A DNA stretch of 42,261 nucleotides from a virus (taxonomy: Duplodnaviria > Heunggongvirae > Uroviricota > Caudoviricetes), in the IMG/VR virus record IMGVR_UViG_3300005918_000016; one strand, 5' to 3'. Under the pieces are notes generated by a model. The model was given only the letters and a program-made list of their open reading frames with translations, did not search any database and was not told the DNA's origin. Below are positions 26,544 to 35,651 of the stretch, one piece after another; position 1 is the stretch's first letter; each line of letters begins with the position of its first letter. The position numbers and the translations under genes are program-made.

Positions 26544-26682
26544 CTTTAATGTGTTCGTCCCCAGAACGTCTGAGCACACCAGAGCTTCCTACCCAATCAG
26601 CATGAGCCTTCCTACCGTAACAGCTTCCTGTTTCAAGCAGGAATAGTTAGACTTTAGTAAGTAAATCGGGTGCTGTCAAGTA
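26516..26682 (-). mobile_element. Truncated IS607-derived mini-element 2 (promoter + 5' half of the omegaRNA region)
   Basis: Homologous to 2986 through about 3153; TTGACA 26679-26674, TAAAGT 26656-26651, identical 19-nt hairpin; no right end. Confidence 0.85.
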
Positions 26683-26732
26683 CCCTTGCGGTGTCCTCTG
26701 AAAAATAATCTCGCTGGCTTTGAGCCACCTGA

Positions 26733-26924
26733 TCATGGGGTCATCGGGTTGCTGATCGGGGCACCCAGGACGGCGATGACGAGATCCCTGTCGTTGGTTA
26801 TGTCGTCCGTGCTGAACAGGACACCGTTGGAGATGGTTTCGGTGTGGTAGGGCTTGGTGGATACGATACGCACCTCCCAGAGGTTAGGGTTCACACGCAC
26901 GAGCTTCTTGGTCATTACAGTCAT
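26733..26924 (-). CDS. Hypothetical protein
   Basis: GGAGAG RBS; 63 aa. Confidence 0.5.
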   Translation of the reverse strand: MTVMTKKLVRVNPNLWEVRIVSTKPYHTETISNGVLFSTDDITNDRDLVIAVLGAPISNPMTP

Positions 26925-26941
26925 GGGACTCTCCTACTTGA

Positions 26942-27127
26942 TCATCCTGTCATCAGTAACCGGACCAGTTCTAGTGGTCCGCAGTTCAGGCATTCCTTCA
27001 CCAGCTTGCGTCGAGGCTTGTAGTACAAGACGGACAGGCACCCGCAGCCAGGACACCGTTCCTTGGAAACGACACCCTGGTGGCCATCCACTGTGCGATG
27101 AAGGGATCCTGTGGGGTGGTTTTTCAT
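26942..27127 (-). CDS. Small zinc-ribbon protein
   Basis: CPGCG...ECLNCG; ATGA overlap. Confidence 0.55.
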   Translation of the reverse strand: MKNHPTGSLHRTVDGHQGVVSKERCPGCGCLSVLYYKPRRKLVKECLNCGPLELVRLLMTG

Positions 27128-27534
27128 TTTTTCTCACCCACCGGAATGTCTCCGGTTACAACAAGAACCCAGTGGGACACGAATCCTGAGTCTGTCCTGA
27201 AACTGATTGCTACTCGGTCAGAGTGAAAGGTCACCTCGGGGGTCTCGTAGGGTTCGTCGTCCTCTCTGTGGGCCGGGCCTGTTCCCAGAGTCCAACCCTT
27301 AGTGTTGTTTTCCGCTACCTTGATGAAACCGTAGCAGCCTACCCGAAGGGTCTGAACAGGCATACCCTTCGGGTAACTGCGGCTGGGGTCCAACCGTAAA
27401 CCTATACGGACGACAGGGAGACGGCCCTCTTGAGAGGCCACGAAGACGTATTCTTTGTCCTCCAGGAGGCCCCGCAGGCGTTCCCCCACCTCTTCCAGGT
27501 TCTCTACGGTCAGACGTTGCTTCCAAACAGACAT
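27124..27534 (-). CDS. Hypothetical protein, paralog of 4746-5138
   Basis: GAGGAG RBS; see the shared motifs listed for 4746-5138. Confidence 0.75.
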   Translation of the reverse strand: MSVWKQRLTVENLEEVGERLRGLLEDKEYVFVASQEGRLPVVRIGLRLDPSRSYPKGMPVQTLRVGCYGFIKVAENNTKGWTLGTGPAHREDDEPYETPEVTFHSDRVAISFRTDSGFVSHWVLVVTGDIPVGEKK

Positions 27535-27545
27535 TGTCCCTCTCC

Positions 27546-27806
27546 TCAGCAACGGATACTTTCGGCCTGACAGGACAGGCCCAGGGCCATCAGCGCTCGC
27601 TCGTCTTCGCCTTCGTAAGGATTGCAGAACACGATCCGGACGTCCTCGATGAAATCGTCGCAGGTGGCATCCAGCCATCCCCGCCAGATCTCGAAGTGGG
27701 TCAGGCCGTCTTCCCGAGCGTAATGCTTGGCGTCGCTCAGTGTGTCCAACACACAGTGTTCCTCATCGGTTTTCGTGTTCCAAACTTGGTAGGCTTCGTG
27801 CATCAT
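27546..27806 (-). CDS. Hypothetical acidic protein
   Basis: AAGGAG RBS; follows a promoter box. Confidence 0.65.
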   Translation of the reverse strand: MMHEAYQVWNTKTDEEHCVLDTLSDAKHYAREDGLTHFEIWRGWLDATCDDFIEDVRIVFCNPYEGEDERALMALGLSCQAESIRC

Positions 27807-27847
27807 CGTGGGGTCTCCTTGTGGGGGTCATTTCCCCCTCACTGAGA

Positions 27848-27873
27848 CTACTCTGTGGGGTCGGCAGATGATC
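27848..27873 (-). promoter_or_regulatory. GATCAT-N14-GAGTAG box
   Basis: GATCAT 27873-27868, GAGTAG 27853-27848; downstream leader resembles 3628-3669. Confidence 0.65.
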
Positions 27874-28075
27874 CCTTTTTCTGGGGCCTCACCGTGCCCA
27901 CCGTACAGCGGCACTGGGTTTCGCCCCTACAAGCCACACCACCGTCAAAGCCTTCGGCAACACACTGTTGTTTACAGAGGGCGTCGTGATGGGAGACGTA
28001 AATGAAGCAGCCAATGAAGAACATGAAGGCCAGAAAGAGAAGCATCCAGCCGAGTCCTTTCCAGATTTTCATCAT
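27848..28075 (-). CDS. Single-TM protein with Cys-rich tail
   Basis: LGWMLLFLAFMFFIGCFIYV; CKQQC...C...CRC. Confidence 0.6.
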   Translation of the reverse strand: MMKIWKGLGWMLLFLAFMFFIGCFIYVSHHDALCKQQCVAEGFDGGVACRGETQCRCTVGTVRPQKKGSSADPTE

Positions 28076-28137
28076 TCCTCCTCTACTGGGAGTCGTGTCC
28101 TGTATTGCACCTTTTCTGAGAGGGGTTCGTAGATGTC

Positions 28138-28422
28138 TCACTTTTTCTCCTCTACAGGGAACCGTGTCCAACCTCGTGCCTTTGCGGCTTCGAACTGTTC
28201 CTCTGAGATGGGTTCGTAGGCATGGGGGACGGAGATCATCTCCTGTTTCCCTTCAGCCCACTCTTTGGAATAGGTCCAAACAAGCCCTTGGCCAACTTGG
28301 GCCATCCTCTCCTCATCCACGGCGTCGGGGGACTCGATCACGACCCCGAAGACGGTGATGTCCCAGTTGGGGATGGTGCGCTGGTAGTAGTCCAGGACTT
28401 TCCGTCCCTTGTGTCTACTCAT
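28138..28422 (-). CDS. Hypothetical protein
   Basis: GAGG RBS; ATGA overlap with the upstream frameshifted gene. Confidence 0.6.
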   Translation of the reverse strand: MSRHKGRKVLDYYQRTIPNWDITVFGVVIESPDAVDEERMAQVGQGLVWTYSKEWAEGKQEMISVPHAYEPISEEQFEAAKARGWTRFPVEEKK

Positions 28423-28597
28423 CGCCTCACCCGCAGGACCATGGTCTGGTAGTAGTAGCGGTGGTCGGCAGTCACCCTCATGCGGGGTTCCCCATAGGGT
28501 TGCATCCCTTCTGGATGTGCTCCCTGATGGCCTCGTCCAGCGCCACCGTGTCATCCATGGTGTGGATGGTCTTGTAGTCAACGACTGGCCTTTCCAT
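28419..28597 (-). pseudogene. DUF1737-like small gene with an apparent 1-nt deletion
   Basis: Adding one G at 28503 gives ...IQKGWQPYGEP...YYQTMV and a 180-nt ORF whose stop overlaps the next ATG. Confidence 0.55.
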
Positions 28598-28627
28598 AGT
28601 CGAACTCCTCGTTGAAGGACACCCCAT

Positions 28628-28653
28628 CTACTCCAGGGTCGACTGTGAGGATC
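28628..28653 (-). promoter_or_regulatory. GATCCT-N14-GAGTAG box
   Basis: 28653-28648 and 28633-28628. Confidence 0.55.
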
Positions 28654-28657
28654 ATTT

Positions 28658-29365
28658 TCAGGTCTCTACAATCAGGTCCGGATTGAAGTTCCTGGTTTCC
28701 CTTCGGCTTTCGTACCCGTAGGGGTTCGCCAGAACCCGTGTCTCCCCCAGCATCACATCCACGGGTGTGTGCATGTGTCCGTGTACCCAGAGCTTGGGCT
28801 GCACCCGTTCAATCAGGCGTTCCATATCACAGACGTAGAAGATGTTGGCAGCGCTGATTTTGTACTGTGGGTGAATGCTCTTCGGGGTCGGTGCATGATG
28901 GGTTACCACAATGTCGTCTGATTGCACCGTTTTATTCAGGAACTTCTGGGCCTTGGTGTTCTCCTCCCCGAACCGGGTCCACATATCTGCGATGTGTTTG
29001 AAATCCGTAAAACCGTGGGCGAACCCCAACGCCCGAGGCGTTTCTGGGAACCACAGGGTTGTCCCCACGTACCGTTGACCTTCGATGGTTACGGTGCCGT
29101 TGTTCAGCCAGTGGAAGTTGGAGAACTTGGCGCTGAGTTGGGACAGCACCTCGTGGGTGGCATCAAACGAGGACTCGTAGTACTCGTGGTTGCCCGCAAC
29201 GTAGACGATGTGGGGGAACAGATCACACAGGAGTGGGATGGTGAGCACGAGAGCGTCCAGTTGACCGACGTCTCCCGCAAGGACAAGGACATCAGCACCG
29301 GCCAGGGTGGGAAGTCTCCTGTTGATGTCAGTGTGGAAATCTGAAGCTATTAGAAGTCGCTGCAT
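28658..29365 (-). CDS. Calcineurin-like metallophosphoesterase
   Basis: SDFH, LAGDVG, GNHEYY, THHAP, HGHMH motifs. Confidence 0.9.
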   Translation of the reverse strand: MQRLLIASDFHTDINRRLPTLAGADVLVLAGDVGQLDALVLTIPLLCDLFPHIVYVAGNHEYYESSFDATHEVLSQLSAKFSNFHWLNNGTVTIEGQRYVGTTLWFPETPRALGFAHGFTDFKHIADMWTRFGEENTKAQKFLNKTVQSDDIVVTHHAPTPKSIHPQYKISAANIFYVCDMERLIERVQPKLWVHGHMHTPVDVMLGETRVLANPYGYESRRETRNFNPDLIVET

Positions 29366-29385
29366 GATCTGCTCCCGTACTCAGT

Positions 29386-29411
29386 CTACTCTCGACGCCA
29401 CCCCGATGATC
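29386..29411 (-). promoter_or_regulatory. GATCAT-N14-GAGTAG box
   Basis: 29411-29406 and 29391-29386, upstream of the metallophosphoesterase. Confidence 0.65.
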
Positions 29412-29496
29412 TCCTTATCCTGTCCAAGAGTGCCGTTTACTTGCCCGTTAGAGTAGTATCAGTCGTTGGCTTGTGAATGTAAACGGAGAAAATAGG

Positions 29497-31107
29497 ATGG
29501 AAAAGAAAATCGTTCAGGACGCAGTAGACGACGGACGGGTCATTCGTGCCGGGGGCTTCTCTTCCGTGGAGGGGAACAGTCCCAACCGGGTCTGTCGGGA
29601 CTTCGACGTGGCCATTCCTAACATTTACGGGACGGGTCTTGTTCAGGTGGAGCGTGCCCTGACGGAGACTGTGGACGCAAAGACGTTCGTCGGACGAGCG
29701 CTGTCCATCAAAACCCCTCAGATTCTTCGTGTGCATTTGGATTCGTGGGAGGAACCACAACGGAGGGAACAGGGGGCGGAGAAGATCCACTACGAACATC
29801 TGTCCCATCCTGAGATGGTAGACCTGATGTACCGTTCTCCTAAACTGACTCAATCAAGGACAAACCTTGACTGACGTTAGGTTCCTGCTTCACTGAGGAT
29901 AGTTTCACTTGGTCAAAAGGCACCAAGCCAGAGCTTTCCTCTCCACAGGCTGTAACCGAGGAACTCCCGGTCATTCACAATCGTTAAGACTGCTAAGTTC
30001 TTCAACGATTTGAGTTTTACAGTGAGGTCTCTCCTCACCAACCACCAAACCCAAAGTCCCAAAGAACATTTTGAAGAGCTTGGCTATCGCCCTTACGCTG
30101 AGTACAGTAAGAAGAGGGAGGATCAAGTCAAGGATTTTTGACCCCTCCCCGACGCAAAGAGTCCCTATTAAAGGCTGTTTTGAGCTACTGCTGGCAACCC
30201 TCCGAGCGGGCGCAGCCTCCTCTTCCACACCGTCCACACGGCATTCTCGGAACACTGGCCCATCGCCTTGTCTCCCGACGTCCTGATGTATCTTGTCCTT
30301 CATGAGGTGGCGATCACGGTCAAGCAAAATCCAGAGGACTACCGGGCGCTGTTCACGGCGTCGGATGAGAAGCAGCTTGTCCATGTTCGGCATGACCACC
30401 TGATCCTTGGATCTCCTTCCCCGTGGCACGAGATGATGGGTCTGTTCTACACAGCCCTGGCGGAACGGTGCCCGCAGGAAACAATGGATCAGATGTTCCC
30501 GACCTTCTCGACCCACACCGTGGCGTCGCAAGCGGGAACACTGGTGGCCTTCATGGATGCTGCCTCTCCCTTCTTCTCCTACCGCTGCACCACGAGGTGT
30601 GGCCTGCCCTCCATCAGACTCCTGGGTTGCCCAGAGGACTACCGAAAGCTGCTGCTGGCGAGCACAGAACTGGCCAAGATGTTCGACCCTCACCTGAAGG
30701 ATTATTTCGACCATCTCCTTCCTGTCCTGGCCACGATTGCAGCCCAGGCTGCGGGGGCACCCTACGACGAGGGCTTCTGGTCCTCCCTGTACAAGCACTT
30801 CTCTGGTTCGGGGACAGACGACATGACGGGCTGGATCTCAGCCTTCCTGAACTATGGTGACAAACAGGAGGGCCTTGTCCCGAAGGAGGGCAAGTTCTAC
30901 GACTGGAAGGCCACGATGGATCAGAGCGGTTGGAAGTCAGCTTTTCCCCGTGACGAGATCCCGGCACATGTCAGCCGGACGCCCTTCGTGTGGGACTATT
31001 ATGGCAAAGAAATGAAGATGGAACTCATCGGAGGTGTCCTGTCAGTCCAGAACATTGACGGTTTCCTGACACCCCAGCTTGGTTTCGGTATTATCCACGC
31101 TGATTAG
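29497..31107 (+). pseudogene. DUF4419-family gene interrupted by mini-element 3
   Basis: LLFHTVHTAFSEHWPIALSPDVL...TCGLPSIRLLG..EDY...TGWI motifs. Deleting 29832-30197 joins both halves in frame (DLMY-PPSGRSLLF). Confidence 0.75.
29832..30197 (-). mobile_element. Non-autonomous IS607-type mini-element 3 (different TnpB subfamily)
   Basis: Minus strand encodes the TnpB-tail peptide TGSSSVTACGEESSG...VKLSSVKQE; ends GGAGAACGG; ACC repeated at both junctions; TTGACT-16-TACTGT at 30131-30104. Confidence 0.8.
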
Positions 31108-31170
31108 CGTGGTACAGTCATTCCAGGTCGCCCAAGGTGAGCGGCTACACACACGCACTGGGAGGAAATT

Positions 31171-31404
31171 ATGGGACAGGACAGTGGTTACAGGATGCGT
31201 TTGGAGTTGGTGAACATCGCCAAGGACATGCTTTATCAGCCTTGGGACGTGCGGATGTCAGCGGAGATGTCAAATGCCAACCGGAAGGGGGACAAGGCAC
31301 GGGATGTTCGGTTCATTGATCCCCCGTCTCCCGAAGACGTGATCACACTGGCGGGGAAACTGAACGACTTCGTCAGCACCAAGAACTCTGGGAACGAGAG
31401 CTAA
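31171..31404 (+). CDS. Small conserved-looking phage protein
   Basis: RLELVNIAKDML...P.PEDVI.LA.KLN.FVS; GGAGG RBS. Confidence 0.7.
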   Translation: MGQDSGYRMRLELVNIAKDMLYQPWDVRMSAEMSNANRKGDKARDVRFIDPPSPEDVITLAGKLNDFVSTKNSGNES

Positions 31405-31961
31405 CAGTATTCCGGCCCCATCTTCAACGTCCACACCAGCTTCTTGATGTCCTCGACGGTCTCGTCATCGTGCAGTTTGAACTCCAGCGTCCCCATGTGC
31501 GGGATCTCGATGATCAACTGATCGTCCTTGTAACAGACGTGGCTGGGGTCAGTGCGGTCGAAGCAGCCGCACTCCATCGCCTTTCCGGGGGTCTCCCACC
31601 GGACGTAGGCCGAGGAGATGTGAAATATCGTGGTCCCAAAGGTCAGGTGGACCTCTTTGTCCACCTGGATGGGTTGCTGCTGCACGCATGCGGGCCTGTC
31701 TTCTTTGTGCATCACCAGCAACGTGGTCAGGGACATTCGCAGAGCGCTGGCTTCCGAGGTGGATGCGAGGTTTGTGGTTTTGGCCAGCAGCAGGCGCACG
31801 TCTTCGGGGGTGATGTCAGCGGCCTTACGGTCTTGCAGCAGCCCTTTTCCCAAGGCAGCAAAGATGAGGGCTGCTCCGGCCTGTTTGTGTTGGACCTGAA
31901 GCAGGCACCGGTGAAAGTCGATCACATCCTTCAGGTCTTCGGTCCAGTTGGGATTCGCCAT
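31401..31961 (-). CDS. Hypothetical protein
   Basis: GGAGG RBS; promoter box upstream. Confidence 0.7.
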   Translation of the reverse strand: MANPNWTEDLKDVIDFHRCLLQVQHKQAGAALIFAALGKGLLQDRKAADITPEDVRLLLAKTTNLASTSEASALRMSLTTLLVMHKEDRPACVQQQPIQVDKEVHLTFGTTIFHISSAYVRWETPGKAMECGCFDRTDPSHVCYKDDQLIIEIPHMGTLEFKLHDDETVEDIKKLVWTLKMGPEYC

Positions 31962-31991
31962 GGGTTCCTCCGTGGTTTTCCATCACCTTAA

Positions 31992-32017
31992 CTACTCCCA
32001 TCATGTCAGAGATGATC
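31992..32017 (-). promoter_or_regulatory. GATCAT-N14-GAGTAG box
   Basis: 32017-32012 and 31997-31992; followed by TTAAGGTGA, as in the 3602 and 10140 copies. Confidence 0.65.
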
Positions 32018-32074
32018 CTCTCAGCCGAAACATCAAGTGCCCCTTTGGAGTAGAACAGGCAGGAGGTTGTTGAA

Positions 32075-32485
32075 ATGCAGATCACTGAGATGCTGGACAA
32101 GGTCACAGCCCAATGCCCGGAGGCCGATGGCTGTCCCGTGCTGGCCGAGGTCCGGGAGAAGTACATGGCTGGGGAGTGGGGGGACGCCCTCCGTTACCTG
32201 AAGATGGGCGTGGGACCCTGCGGGAAGGCCGTGACGGCGTGTTGTCCTGAGGGTGAGGCTCTGTTCCAGGCTGTCCATGATGAGGAGAAGGGACGGCTCA
32301 TGCTTCTCTGGGAGGAAGCCTTCGGAGCCAAGCCTTTGGAGATCGATTTCATCTGCGCCAACCCCTCCAAGCTGAATGCCATCAAGGAAGCAATGAAGCT
32401 CGTAGACGTGATCCCCCTGACGTTCTCCCTCCAGGAGCACCCGTCCGGGCGTCACGACGTTGTGCGTTTTACAGTGGAACTTTAG
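32075..32485 (+). CDS. Hypothetical protein
   Basis: AGGAGG RBS. Confidence 0.7.
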   Translation: MQITEMLDKVTAQCPEADGCPVLAEVREKYMAGEWGDALRYLKMGVGPCGKAVTACCPEGEALFQAVHDEEKGRLMLLWEEAFGAKPLEIDFICANPSKLNAIKEAMKLVDVIPLTFSLQEHPSGRHDVVRFTVEL

Positions 32486-32498
32486 CAGGAGGTAACAG

Positions 32499-33395
32499 AT
32501 GGGTGGTTCAAGCTATGATGTGTCAGTCGGCACAGCGGACTCGGGACGGTCGTACTCAACGGGTTCGGCCCGGACGTTCAGCGGCACAACGCAGGCAGAC
32601 TCGACGGTTGTCCCCGACAAGACGACCAAGCTCTCCACGGACGTCAAGCACCCGGTCGTGGTGGCCCTCGACGTCACGGGGTCCATGGGAGACTCCGCCC
32701 GCATCATGTACGACAAGATGCCGATGTTCTGGGGCCAGATCGAGCAGCAGGGCTACCTGACGGACCCGGCTCTTTCCTTCTGCTGCGTCGGGGACGTGTT
32801 CTCGGACCGTGCCCCGCTCCAGGTGACGCCGTTCGAGAAGGCTAAGGCCATCCATCCCTGGCTCAAGAAGCTCTGGCTGGAAGGCGGTGGCGGCGGGACG
32901 ATGCAGGAGAGCTACGACATGGCAGCGGCGTTCTACGTCAACCAGTGCGACATCCCCAATGCCGTGAAGCCGTTCTTCTTCTTCATCGGAGACGAGGGCT
33001 ACTACCCGATGACGGACGGATTCCCCAACGACGTGGTCTTCCAGGGACTCATGGAAAAGTTCGAGGTGTTCCACATCCACTGGCCCTATTGCGGGAGTCG
33101 CTACACCCAGCAGGACGAGGCCATTGTCGCTCAGTGGCGCACCCTGATGGCGGAGCGTTTCCTCCTCCTCCCGGATCCCAAGGCCATCGTGGACACGATG
33201 CTCGGTCTCATCGCTATGGTGTGCGAGTCCCGGACCTTGGATGAATACATCCAGGATATGAAGGACCGGGGCCAGAGCGAGGAACGGATCGAGACGGTCA
33301 CCACGACCATCAAGGGTTACACCGAGTCGCTGGCTGCGAAGTCGAAGCCCCTGGGGAAGAAGGTCAAAGCGAAGACGAAGAAGGCGAAGAAGTAG
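32499..33395 (+). CDS. vWA-domain protein
   Basis: MIDAS-like DVTGSMG; GGGG.TM.ESY; FFFIGDE. Confidence 0.8.
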   Translation: MGGSSYDVSVGTADSGRSYSTGSARTFSGTTQADSTVVPDKTTKLSTDVKHPVVVALDVTGSMGDSARIMYDKMPMFWGQIEQQGYLTDPALSFCCVGDVFSDRAPLQVTPFEKAKAIHPWLKKLWLEGGGGGTMQESYDMAAAFYVNQCDIPNAVKPFFFFIGDEGYYPMTDGFPNDVVFQGLMEKFEVFHIHWPYCGSRYTQQDEAIVAQWRTLMAERFLLLPDPKAIVDTMLGLIAMVCESRTLDEYIQDMKDRGQSEERIETVTTTIKGYTESLAAKSKPLGKKVKAKTKKAKK

Positions 33396-33403
33396 GAGGG
33401 CGG

Positions 33404-34678
33404 ATGCACTACGTTGTAGGGGGACTTCTCTTCGGGGACGAGGGGAAGGGTCACACGGTAGCCAAGCTGACCGATGTACTGGGGGCGAAAGCTAACATCA
33501 GGTTCTCCGGTGGGTGCCAAGCGGCACACAGGGTCGTTCGGGGTGATGTCAGCCACATCTTCGCTCAGTTCGGTTCCGGGTGTGCTGTGTCCTCCATCGT
33601 CCAGACCTTCATCACGGACAAGATGGCCTGGAATCCCCTGAGCTTGATTCGTGAAGCCGATGCCCATCGGACCAATGGCCTGGGGGATCTCCTCTTACGT
33701 TTGCACATTTCCCCCAACTGCCCCACGACGACGTGGTATCACCGGGCGCTGAACAGGGCACGGGAAGTCCATCGTGAGGTTGCCGAAGGTGGTCGATTAT
33801 CCTCGGTGGGCCTCGGGGTAGGGGACACTTTCGATGATGTTCGGAACCACCCTGAACTGGTGCTTCGTGCCGGTGCCGCTATCCAGGGATACCTCCAGGG
33901 CAACGCTCGATCCACCCACCGGATCGAGCTGGCGGACAAGCTGGAGGCGATCAGGGTCGCCAAGAATGAGATTGTTGAATTATTCTGCCCCGATGCCCAG
34001 GCTCTGTACAGGAAAGAACTGGGGGTGTGTTATCACAGCGCCCATCTGTACGCTGAGAAACTCCATGAGTTGAGTTCGATCCTTGGTTCCTGCATCAAGC
34101 GGGGATTCCAGGATGTGCTTTACAGTTACCTGAGAGGCGGTCCCTGTATTTTCGAGGGTTCTCAGGGGGCTCTCCTGGACAGGGACATTGGGACCATTCC
34201 GTTCATCACTCATTCCAGAACGGTTGTCAGTGAGGCCCTGCCGTACCTGGGGGACTTTGAACACACGATGCTGGGGGTCACCCGCACCTACGCCCACAGG
34301 CACGGCGTCGGGCCGTTGCCGACCGAGAACTCGGTCCTGGCCAGCACCGACCCGCACAACGTCTTCAACGAGTGGCAACAGGGGTTCCGCATGGGTGACC
34401 TGGACCTCCCCCTGCTTCGGTACTCCGTGGGGTCCATGAAAGGTCTCGACGGGATCGTGGTCACACACATGGATCAGATCCCCGAGTCCAAACGCTACTG
34501 TGACCAGTACGATGGCATGGGCAACCGGACCATTCGGGATCTGGCGCTGTGTCACAACCCCGTGCCTCGTTACGAAACCTACGATGACGTGATTGAACTA
34601 TTGACGAGGGAACTGGGACTGCCGGTGGTAGCACAGTCTTGGAGTGACAAAGACAAATGGACAAACATAAAAGTGTAA
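33404..34678 (+). CDS. Divergent adenylosuccinate-synthetase-like protein
   Basis: FGDEGKG, RFSGGCQAAH, FEGSQGALLD, HGVGPLPTE; lacks the TTGRxRR aspartate loop. Confidence 0.8.
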   Translation: MHYVVGGLLFGDEGKGHTVAKLTDVLGAKANIRFSGGCQAAHRVVRGDVSHIFAQFGSGCAVSSIVQTFITDKMAWNPLSLIREADAHRTNGLGDLLLRLHISPNCPTTTWYHRALNRAREVHREVAEGGRLSSVGLGVGDTFDDVRNHPELVLRAGAAIQGYLQGNARSTHRIELADKLEAIRVAKNEIVELFCPDAQALYRKELGVCYHSAHLYAEKLHELSSILGSCIKRGFQDVLYSYLRGGPCIFEGSQGALLDRDIGTIPFITHSRTVVSEALPYLGDFEHTMLGVTRTYAHRHGVGPLPTENSVLASTDPHNVFNEWQQGFRMGDLDLPLLRYSVGSMKGLDGIVVTHMDQIPESKRYCDQYDGMGNRTIRDLALCHNPVPRYETYDDVIELLTRELGLPVVAQSWSDKDKWTNIKV

Positions 34679-34848
34679 TGCCTGATGTGACCCGGATCGT
34701 AAAATGCCGGAGTTGCCATTCTCGTTACGTAGTCCCTCCAGGAATTGGGGCCGTCTGTCCCAAATGCGGTTGCATTCCCATGTATGTCAGTAGTACGGGA
34801 AGTGTTCTCGTGCAACAACTAGGTGTGGACATCCCACGTATAGATTGA
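34678..34848 (+). CDS. Small zinc-ribbon protein
   Basis: CRSC...CPKCG; TAATG overlap. Confidence 0.6.
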   Translation: MPDVTRIVKCRSCHSRYVVPPGIGAVCPKCGCIPMYVSSTGSVLVQQLGVDIPRID

Positions 34849-35066
34849 GCGCAGTCCGGGAGTTTGTCCTTGAATTTTCCGGCACGCTGTTTCTTTGGCC
34901 CCATGGAAGTTCTCGCCCAACTCGCAGGGTTTCACAAGTAGGAGTTACCCTAAACTCCTCGGCCACTGGAAACTCCTGCACCATACTAGCCGAAAACTTT
35001 TACTTGACAAAGCTTCAAGACTTCTGGGGTACTGTCTAAGAACGCAGTCCATCATAGGAGTATCCC

Positions 35067-35651
35067 ATGCGTTGGCCTTTCAGACTTCCGCCCCGTTCCT
35101 TTCCGATCCTATCACCAGCAATGCTGACCGCCCTGAAGAACACTCTGACCCGTCTGTTGTTCTTCCCTTTTCAAGCGGGAGACCGCACGATTCTCCTGGG
35201 GGCCAGGGATGGGGTCGACCGTTTACGGTTAGCTCCTGATGAGGTGTTTTACGCTACCCTGGACGGGCACGTGTGGTGCAAGGATGGGAAGCCCTTTATT
35301 GTGGACCTTCCCACGGCGTTGCTCTACGAACTCATCACATCGACAGTCCCTGGCGTTACTCGGTTCCTGACCCATGGTATGAAAAGGAAGCCACGAGCGG
35401 TTCATCCGCCGGTCACTCCCCTGTCCTCTTACAAGGGTCCCCACAAGAAGGCAACACCGGAGGAGGTAGACTCCTTCAACGCTGACATCTTGGAGACGTT
35501 CGGACCGGACACTCTGGGGCTAGGGGTGATCCCAGAGAGGGACGAGGTCGGCTTCATCACCGAGGAACCTGAAAATGATGATGTGACTTTCCTTGCCGAG
35601 GACGAGGAAGTCGTCTTCAAGGAAGCCGCTAACGGTGATGACGGAGAATAG
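35067..35651 (+). CDS. Hypothetical protein with acidic tail
   Basis: AGGAG RBS. Confidence 0.6.
   Translation: MRWPFRLPPRSFPILSPAMLTALKNTLTRLLFFPFQAGDRTILLGARDGVDRLRLAPDEVFYATLDGHVWCKDGKPFIVDLPTALLYELITSTVPGVTRFLTHGMKRKPRAVHPPVTPLSSYKGPHKKATPEEVDSFNADILETFGPDTLGLGVIPERDEVGFITEEPENDDVTFLAEDEEVVFKEAANGDDGE

Noticed and set aside
29872-30183. Stop-codon reassignment explaining in-frame stops
   Set aside because: TGA, TAG and TAA all occur there, and all three terminate ordinary genes elsewhere; the insertion explains them.
29832-30197. Group I intron (or IStron) in the DUF4419 gene
   Set aside because: A U|...G| splice would also restore the frame and there are weak R/S-like words, but P7 and P1/P10 pair poorly. 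The minus strand clearly encodes a TnpB tail and an IS607-type right end, antisense to the gene.
33404-34678. PurZ (2-aminoadenine genome pathway)
   Set aside because: The P-loop is GDEGKG with Asp, not the Ser-containing PurZ type; no companion dATPase gene seen in the window.
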